From a virus (taxonomy: Duplodnaviria > Caudoviricetes), in IMG/VR virus record IMGVR_UViG_3300010286_000003, positions 1 to 46,303 of that record: 46,303 nucleotides of DNA; one strand, written 5' to 3'. Position numbers and translations under genes: made by a program. This document shows, piece by piece, positions 39,281 through 45,375 of the stretch. How positions within the stretch are numbered: the first letter of the stretch is position 1; each line of letters opens with the position of its first letter. The notes under the pieces were generated by a model. It was not told the DNA's origin, did no database searches, and was given only the letters and a program-made list of their open reading frames with translations.

Positions 39281-40292
39281 CTTTTACACAATATTCTGTA
39301 TCTCTATCATTAGTTCCTAATATTAAATTTTTTAAAGGTCTTAAAAGAAATCGTTTTATATATTCTTCAAGACCATCAAAATCTTTATAAAGTTTCTTGT
39401 CTTTATAATATTCTTCAGGAGTATATTGACTAATTACTGCTAAAGTTACACCAAGAGTTTCATCATTACTACTATCAGATTCTTGTACAGTTTTTAATCC
39501 AGCTTGTTTAAAAGTATCCCTATATAGCTTTGTTGCCTTTTCAAAACTTTCAAAATCATTATTTTTTAATGCCTTCATTTGTTGTAATTTTGTATAACAT
39601 AAATCTTTAATAAATATTTCCTGATTACTATCGCAATTTGGATTTACTTTCTTTAACATTCTATAATGATCATCTAATATTTTATATTCTTCATCATTAA
39701 ATATTCCAAAACCCCATCGTTCCGCAGAAGCCATAGAAACATTTACTTGTCCATCTTCTTTTAATTTTTGCAAATGATCAGACGACTCGATAATTGTACC
39801 TTTTCTTCTTATATATTCGTTTTTAACTGTATCTATATCTGTGTAACCATATTGTGTTGTCTGTGGGAGATTCTTTTTAGCAAGATAATGTGAAATTCTA
39901 CTTCTATCATTAGATATTTGTCTGGATGCTGCTAAAGCATCTAAATCAAATATCCATCCAAATTGCCTACACATATGTTCAATGGCTTTTTCCTCACTTC
40001 CTGAATATAAGTCAATTAATTGATAATAATATGCATCTCGACAATCATTGCAAATTGTTATATATCCATTATTACTCTGATAAATTACTGATTGAGATGC
40101 ACTAAAATGCCCTTTTTGAGAATCCCATGAATTACCACAACATGTACATTTATATTTTTTATCTTCCTTAATATTTTGATATTTAGGTATTTGAATATTA
40201 ACATTAATATCAACAATAGGGGCAGCATTCATGGCTTCTTGTGTTTTTCTTTTTTTTAGTTCTCCTTTTTCATTATTCTTTTTAGCCATCAC
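39261..40292 (-). CDS. putative terminase small subunit (Zn-binding N-terminus)
   Basis: CTCCG, ICNDC, RWG.G, overlaps TerL start. Confidence 0.65.
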   Translation of the reverse strand: MMAKKNNEKGELKKRKTQEAMNAAPIVDINVNIQIPKYQNIKEDKKYKCTCCGNSWDSQKGHFSASQSVIYQSNNGYITICNDCRDAYYYQLIDLYSGSEEKAIEHMCRQFGWIFDLDALAASRQISNDRSRISHYLAKKNLPQTTQYGYTDIDTVKNEYIRRKGTIIESSDHLQKLKEDGQVNVSMASAERWGFGIFNDEEYKILDDHYRMLKKVNPNCDSNQEIFIKDLCYTKLQQMKALKNNDFESFEKATKLYRDTFKQAGLKTVQESDSSNDETLGVTLAVISQYTPEEYYKDKKLYKDFDGLEEYIKRFLLRPLKNLILGTNDRDTEYCVKDGDDDE

Positions 40293-40317
40293 AACTACCT
40301 CCTTACTATCACAACTA

Positions 40318-40349
40318 TAGGACTGTATCCTTTGACAGATACAGCCCTA
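40318..40349 (-). promoter_or_regulatory. 12-bp hairpin with UGUCAAAG loop (copy 2)
   Basis: UAGGGCUGUAUC-UGUCAAAG-GAUACAGUCCUA; G-U pair on the - strand only. Confidence 0.6.
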
Positions 40350-40353
40350 AAAC

Positions 40354-40950
40354 TTATATAAAATCCACATTTGATTTACGTTTAAATCCTATAAGTATTT
40401 TATTATGCAAATTTGTACCTCTATGATTTATTTTAAAATCATCACTTAATATATAAAAAGTAGTTGCTTCATCAACTAATAAAATATCTATATTTTGAAA
40501 CTGTAGCATATCTAACATTCTCAAATCTACAATACGGACATGTAGCCCCATGGTTTTAGCATATTCTTCTAAATTATGACCATCACTTTGATAATTTTTA
40601 ACCAATATTGGAATGCCATAATTATTAGATAATTTAAGAAGGGTAGTAGTTTTACCAGTAGCACGATGTTTCATTTCATTCTTTCTATTCGAATAATCTA
40701 ATTCTATTAATTGTGATTGTTTTGTTTCAATAAAGAATTTAAGTACACTATACCAATCTAAAAATTGATTATTCGATTCTTCTTCAATTGTAATTGGTAC
40801 TCCAAATTCTCTTAATTGCCTTGTAATAGATTCAACGTTTTTCATTACATTAAAAGCTTCATTAATTCTTCCTTCTGATATTAATTTACTGTGTGCTGAA
40901 ATCAATTTATCTAAACTTTTTTGTAATTCTATAACACTTTCCTTTTTCAT
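40354..40950 (-). CDS. small P-loop NTPase-like protein
   Basis: RATGKTT and ILLVDE; AAGGAGG SD. Confidence 0.65.
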   Translation of the reverse strand: MKKESVIELQKSLDKLISAHSKLISEGRINEAFNVMKNVESITRQLREFGVPITIEEESNNQFLDWYSVLKFFIETKQSQLIELDYSNRKNEMKHRATGKTTTLLKLSNNYGIPILVKNYQSDGHNLEEYAKTMGLHVRIVDLRMLDMLQFQNIDILLVDEATTFYILSDDFKINHRGTNLHNKILIGFKRKSNVDFI

Positions 40951-40995
40951 TTTACATTCCTCCTTAGCGGTACGGTCGCCACCCTAAATATTACG

Positions 40996-41193
40996 TTATT
41001 TTACTAACTTAGATTTATCTATTGGCTCTAATTTCACATATCCATTATTAAAATTTACTTGTATTAAATTATCTCGTAAATCAATTGCATTTGATTTAAT
41101 TAATTATTCATAATAAGACATACCAAGATTAGAATCAGCCAATCTTTTTCTTGATAAATTATTTATTATTTGAATTTTAATCAAAACTATCAT
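40996..41193 (-). pseudogene. possible small pseudogene with in-frame TAA
   Basis: 29 codons + TAA (41106-41104) + 35 codons in the same frame, GGAG upstream. Confidence 0.25.
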
Positions 41194-41290
41194 AACTCCA
41201 TTAGAATAGAAAATTTTATTAAAAAAGCCGGTAATCGCAAGGCGAAAACTGGATTCTTAACCTACACATGGTAAGTAATCGAAGAGAAGA

Positions 41291-42259
41291 TTAATCCAAA
41301 TCAATTAATCTAGTTTTATTAGGTATTATATTACCATTTTTATCTTGACATATATAAATAAATCCCTTTTGAGCAGGGAGTGTCATAAATCCATCATAAT
41401 AATCAAGTAATTCTGTCCTACAACAACAACCTTGTTCATACATATATATATTTCCTTGAATATAACTTCCCAACCTATGAGTATGTCCAAGTACAATTGT
41501 ATCAAAATCTCTATCTTTCCTTAAAAAATAATCAACGGCTTTTTCTGTAGTTTTTAGCATTCCATTTGAATAAGAAAGTGGATGTATAAAAATTGTTCTT
41601 CCTACTTTACGCCACCAATCGCCAGTATATGAAATTTCAATGCCTTCATCTTTAAAAAATTCTACTAATGGACTGTACCAAGTTTCAGTTTTATTTAATC
41701 TATCACGATTTTTAAAACCATCATTTATAAGTAAATCCATAGCAGTATCAGGCATTATATTTAACAAATCTTCATTTAATTGTTCTGATAAATATTTACC
41801 CAATCTAACTTCATGATTACCTTTTACGATAATAACTTTTTTTGGTTTAATCATTCTTATTAAATCTATAATATATTGTCTTGTTAAAATCATTTCTTCA
41901 ACAAAAGGAATTCTATAATTTTTGCGAAAACGTGAAATTGATTGAGCATCTTGCAAATCTCCATTTAATACAAGAATATCTACTTTACCAAAATAATCTT
42001 TAAAAGTTTCTAATGGAAGATTAAATGGTATATGTAAATCAGAAATTGATAATATTCTGGTAGCAACACCGTCAAATCCATGTATATAATTATCATATTC
42101 AATATATCCATAAGCCATTTTTCTTAAATGATCAGGTGATATATCTAATTCAAGTAAATCAACAATTTCTTGCCAATCTAAATCAATTTCACGATTGATT
42201 TTTGCTTTACAAAGTCTTAATTTATATTCAAATGCTGTTTCATTATCTAATTTTTTCAA
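41291..42259 (-). CDS. calcineurin-like metallophosphoesterase
   Basis: SDLH, NGDLQD, GNHE, H, GHTH motifs. Confidence 0.9.
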   Translation of the reverse strand: MKKLDNETAFEYKLRLCKAKINREIDLDWQEIVDLLELDISPDHLRKMAYGYIEYDNYIHGFDGVATRILSISDLHIPFNLPLETFKDYFGKVDILVLNGDLQDAQSISRFRKNYRIPFVEEMILTRQYIIDLIRMIKPKKVIIVKGNHEVRLGKYLSEQLNEDLLNIMPDTAMDLLINDGFKNRDRLNKTETWYSPLVEFFKDEGIEISYTGDWWRKVGRTIFIHPLSYSNGMLKTTEKAVDYFLRKDRDFDTIVLGHTHRLGSYIQGNIYMYEQGCCCRTELLDYYDGFMTLPAQKGFIYICQDKNGNIIPNKTRLIDLD

Positions 42260-42293
42260 AAAATCTTGTATATCAATTCACCCTTTCATTTTA

Positions 42294-42485
42294 TTATTCT
42301 ATTTCTTCTTCTAACTTCGTCTCTAATTTTCCTTCTATGTATTCCCCAGCAAACTTTTTAAATAAATCAGCGATAGAAGTTTGTACTTCATCTAATTTTA
42401 TATACAAACCATCAAGACTAACCTCGCCTGTAAACTTTAAAGTTTCAATTATTTTTCTTTTATGTTGAATAGCTTCTTTAGCCAT
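42294..42485 (-). CDS. YonK-like small protein
   Basis: 63 aa, DLFKKFAGEYI resembles SPbeta YonK from memory; similar neighbourhood. Confidence 0.45.
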   Translation of the reverse strand: MAKEAIQHKRKIIETLKFTGEVSLDGLYIKLDEVQTSIADLFKKFAGEYIEGKLETKLEEEIE

Positions 42486-42577
42486 AATTCACAACCTTTC
42501 TTGAAAATTACTTGACAGAATAGAAGATTGATGATAATGTTATAATGGGGTATTTTAGACATTATATCTAATAAAAA

Positions 42578-42829
42578 TTAATAATCCTCTATATCATCAT
42601 CACTTGTATAATAAATCCCGCCACAATTATCATTATTCAATTGATTAACTGGCGAGTTAATAAAATCCTTTAACATTACAACTTCTTTTTCATAATCTAT
42701 TATACGTTTTGCAGAATTAATCTTTTTTGCTTCAAACCATAATAATATTATTTCTTCAATTTTACTTAAAATAGGAGTAAAAACAATAGCAGATGTAAAA
42801 CCTAAAAAGAAAAATAATGCATATAACAT
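42578..42829 (-). CDS. small membrane-anchored protein
   Basis: N-terminal TM, acidic tail. Confidence 0.65.
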   Translation of the reverse strand: MLYALFFFLGFTSAIVFTPILSKIEEIILLWFEAKKINSAKRIIDYEKEVVMLKDFINSPVNQLNNDNCGGIYYTSDDDIEDY

Positions 42830-42844
42830 AGGAAATCACTTCCT

Positions 42845-44068
42845 TTACATCATGTCAACTAAATTGGCTAGTTTACTTCTCCAGATGTTTTGAAGTTCAA
42901 CATAACCAAAAATATCAGTTCCTTTTAAAACATCAATAGCACGTTTCATGCCATTATTATTTCCTTCAAATAATACATTATCAACTTGTTGTGTATGATC
43001 ACCTTCTATAATAACTTTTGCATTTTCACTAACTCGTGACAAACACAATTTTAATAAATCAATTGTAGTATTTTGTGATTCTGTTATGTATAAAATTTCA
43101 GAATCTTTTACCTCCATACCACGACAATCACACATAGCAACAAGTTTTAATTTATCTTGTTGTATAAATTCATCTACGATATATCTATCGCCGAATTTAG
43201 TGATTAATATATGTCCTATATTAGATTGCATAGCTTTTTCTAATGCATTACCAGAATAATAACCCATTTGTTGTGAACCACGAACAGGAGTAGGATTATG
43301 TAATACAACAAGTCTATTGTAATTACCTTTTTCAATCAAATACATAGCTGTCATTAAAGCAAGATATGTTTTACCACTACCAGCTTTACCTGAAATAGCA
43401 GTAATAGTATTATTTAATATGGAATCTATTACCATTTTTTGATAAATATCTTTTGGTTTTATTTTTTCTTTGAATACTTCAATCGGTTTATTATGTACAG
43501 CTTTATGTTCTTGCCCGTTCCACCTATAACAGTCTATTATCTCATTGTTATTATCTTTTATAACTAAATACTCATTAATTAACAACTTATATATATTCTC
43601 TTTTTTATTTTCATAAAAATAAGCCATCCCATTATCTGATGGCATAATTTCTTTAAAACCTTTATATTCAAATTTTTCTTTTAAATTAATATTACCAACT
43701 TTTAATCCAAATCTATGAATCGCCATTAATTTACATGCTACATCAGCAGTTATGAACTCAATAGGAGAGTGTTTGTTGTATTGATAAGCACAAGCTAAAA
43801 TAATATTATCTGGAGTATACTCTAACTCCATATCTTGTAATAGATCAAATATTTTATTATCAGGTATAACAACTTCATATTTATCAATATTTTTATCTAA
43901 TAATTTTACTAATTGTCTAGCTTTATATTTTATATTTTGATCTTTATTTGCACTGGTTTTTATATTCTCTAATTCTTCAATTGATTTTAAACTACATACA
44001 AAGTTTTCTTTAAAGATAGTATCTTGCAATTCAATAAGTGCATTTGTGTCATAAAACTTTTTAAGCAC
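42845..44068 (-). CDS. phoH: PIN-PhoH fusion (PhoH2-like RNase/ATPase)
   Basis: PIN acidic residues YDTN, EELE, PDN, TAD; PhoH GKAGSGKT, RG, ITESQN, SRV, EGD..QVD, RS. Confidence 0.88.
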   Translation of the reverse strand: MLKKFYDTNALIELQDTIFKENFVCSLKSIEELENIKTSANKDQNIKYKARQLVKLLDKNIDKYEVVIPDNKIFDLLQDMELEYTPDNIILACAYQYNKHSPIEFITADVACKLMAIHRFGLKVGNINLKEKFEYKGFKEIMPSDNGMAYFYENKKENIYKLLINEYLVIKDNNNEIIDCYRWNGQEHKAVHNKPIEVFKEKIKPKDIYQKMVIDSILNNTITAISGKAGSGKTYLALMTAMYLIEKGNYNRLVVLHNPTPVRGSQQMGYYSGNALEKAMQSNIGHILITKFGDRYIVDEFIQQDKLKLVAMCDCRGMEVKDSEILYITESQNTTIDLLKLCLSRVSENAKVIIEGDHTQQVDNVLFEGNNNGMKRAIDVLKGTDIFGYVELQNIWRSKLANLVDMM

Positions 44069-44089
44069 ACATCCACCATCTTTCCATTA

Positions 44090-44284
44090 TTATTTTTTAT
44101 TTTTTAAAATTCTTATAATATCAGAACACTTATTATATGGTATTAAATTTTTAATTTGATTTAATATACTATATGCTTGTTTACACTCAACCATATAATA
44201 ATGCCTTTTCTTGACTGTCTTTTTTATATACTGCGGACAAATTTGAATCATAATTTTTCCTTCAAGTTTACTTATTGCTTTTAT
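44090..44284 (-). CDS. 64-aa basic protein with ATA start, missing from the ORF track
   Basis: SD GAAAGGGAGA then ATA; MKAISKLEGKIMIQICPQYIKKTVKKRHYYMVECKQAYSILNQIKNLIPYNKCSDIIRILKNKK. Confidence 0.6.
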   Translation of the reverse strand: MKAISKLEGKIMIQICPQYIKKTVKKRHYYMVECKQAYSILNQIKNLIPYNKCSDIIRILKNKK

Positions 44285-44341
44285 ATTAGATCTCCCTTTC
44301 TATATATATTTAACTCCCAAAATGGGAGAAAAATTCAATAG

Positions 44342-44364
44342 AAAAGGCTATCATATGATAGCCT
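44342..44364 (-). terminator. terminator downstream of the RNA cluster
   Basis: Perfect 20-bp palindrome AGGCTATCATATGATAGCCT with short T-run on the - strand. Confidence 0.7.
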
Positions 44365-44372
44365 CAAAAATT

Positions 44373-44975
44373 AAAAAACCTAATCTCGATCGGAGAACAG
44401 GATGATCCATCTGCCGATGGTAGATATGGTAGATAAGCTAATATCATCAATCGCCTACTTATAATAAACGACTGAAGAAACTGTTTGCACGTTTGTGCAT
44501 CAGCTATCTAGTATTTTTCTTTTCCCGTAATTACGGTAAGTCGGTATGAGGATGCATACTCAACCTCGTGCAGAACCTCCGCAATGCCTTTCCCGACACC
44601 TTCGACAATGCTTCAACGGTCGTTTGTGACCTTATAAACGCCTTTCCTGCTATAAAAAAGCAGGTACATACAAACTTCCAGCCACAGCACAGATAAGCAA
44701 ACGCAGCACTTGCCATACCGTTTTAATGCTTAATTCTGCACCAAGTTTTTCGCCACGACATCAGGTAAGTTAAACATGTAGTCATGGTTCCTAGACGTTA
44801 TACAGTGTTTTTATAGTCGTTCCCTGCACCCGACTTCGCCCACGCAATGTAAGCCACACGCAACTTTAGATCCCGGCTTATATTTAAGCTCTCCGCCGTA
44901 GAGAATTCGAGAGTTGCACCCGAATAATTACTCTGGCATTCGCCTGCCTGTAGGATTATCCACCGGCTTTGAAGC
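44373..44975 (-). ncRNA. large (~600 nt) structured non-coding RNA, ROOL/GOLLD-class or new
   Basis: High GC (34/60 at 44821-44880), no credible ORF, 5'-3' closing helices, several long-range stems including crossing ones, 3' hairpin + U6, begins right after tRNA-Ser. Confidence 0.8.
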
Positions 44976-44978
44976 AAA

Positions 44979-45071
44979 CGGATAATAGAGGATTCGAACC
45001 TCTGCACCTACTTTATTTTCGGTGTACAGATTAGCAATCCGCTGCATTCAACCTGATTCTACCAATTCTCC
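44979..45071 (-). tRNA. tRNA-Ser(GCT)
   Basis: GCGGA-TTGCTAA-TCTGT anticodon arm, long variable arm, GGTTCGAATCC, G73; G4-A69 mismatch; no encoded CCA. Confidence 0.85.
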
Positions 45072-45075
45072 GAAA

Positions 45076-45160
45076 CGCCATGTGTAGGACTCGAACCTAC
45101 AGTGCAGTTACGCATCACTGGTTTTCAAGACCAGCTCCTTACCAATTAGGATAACATGGC
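45076..45160 (-). tRNA. tRNA-Ser(TGA)
   Basis: GCCATGT/ACATGGC acceptor, CTGGT-CTTGAAA-ACCAG, variable arm, GGTTCGAGTCC, G73. Confidence 0.9.
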
Positions 45161-45165
45161 ATTAG

Positions 45166-45249
45166 TGGGAAGTGATGGAGTTGTACCATCCGAGTCTTTC
45201 GACAACAGATTTACAGTCTGCCCCGCTACTATCTACGGATTAACTTCCC
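45166..45249 (-). tRNA. tRNA-Tyr(GTA) with non-canonical D/T loops
   Basis: GGGAAGT/ACTTCCC, GCAGA-CTGTAAA-TCTGT, GTC-GAAA-GAC variable arm, T-loop TACAACT, A73. Confidence 0.8.
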
Positions 45250-45262
45250 TAAAAATAGTGAA

Positions 45263-45323
45263 CTGAGAAAAGAGGACTTGAAACTCTATCGCCAGAGTTT
45301 ACCTACCATTGAACGATTTCCCA
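45263..45323 (-). ncRNA. tRNA-like element lacking an anticodon stem (tRNA-Gln-like remnant or mimic)
   Basis: TGGGAAA/TTTCTCA acceptor + G, D-like GTTCAATGGTAGG, T-loop TTCAAGT; 61 nt. Confidence 0.55.
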
Positions 45324-45375
45324 ATACGGGACAAAAAGATTTTAATCTTAAGTCCCGCAAAATAGTTTAACTTTA

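Noticed and set aside
40288-40317. 10-bp direct repeat ATCACAACTA flanking the TerS SD
   Set aside because: Only two copies; most simply a local duplication.
26477-40337. TTGACA in the two hairpin loops as + strand -35 boxes
   Set aside because: Copy 1 has no -10 at 17 bp and copy 2 only TATATA; the G-U pair favours a - strand RNA hairpin.
6157-42468. Short + strand ORFs inside the - strand operon (6157, 9110, 23659, 24298, 32216, 36950 etc.)
   Set aside because: Antisense shadows of well-supported genes with no SD; only 25119-25388 has its own signals.
44868-44883. AGATCCCGGCTTAT on + resembles the 3' end of RNase P RNA
   Set aside because: No GAGGAAAGTCC partner upstream; G-U pairing and flanking tRNAs favour the - strand.
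44373-44975. Group I/II intron or tmRNA interpretation
   Set aside because: No group II domain V, no matched group I R/S pair (ACGACUA has no AAGAUAUAGUC-type partner), no split gene, no tmRNA acceptor ends or tag frame recognised.
44531-45007. ORF-track entries 44531-44716 and 44798-45007
   Set aside because: No SD, atypical composition, one overlaps tRNA-Ser; by-products of GC-rich structured RNA.
45076-45160. TGA anticodon as opal suppressor or Sec tRNA / recoded genome
   Set aside because: Anticodon UGA reads UCA (Ser); TGA and TAG act as normal stops (for example 3121, 4111) and long genes are intact under code 11.
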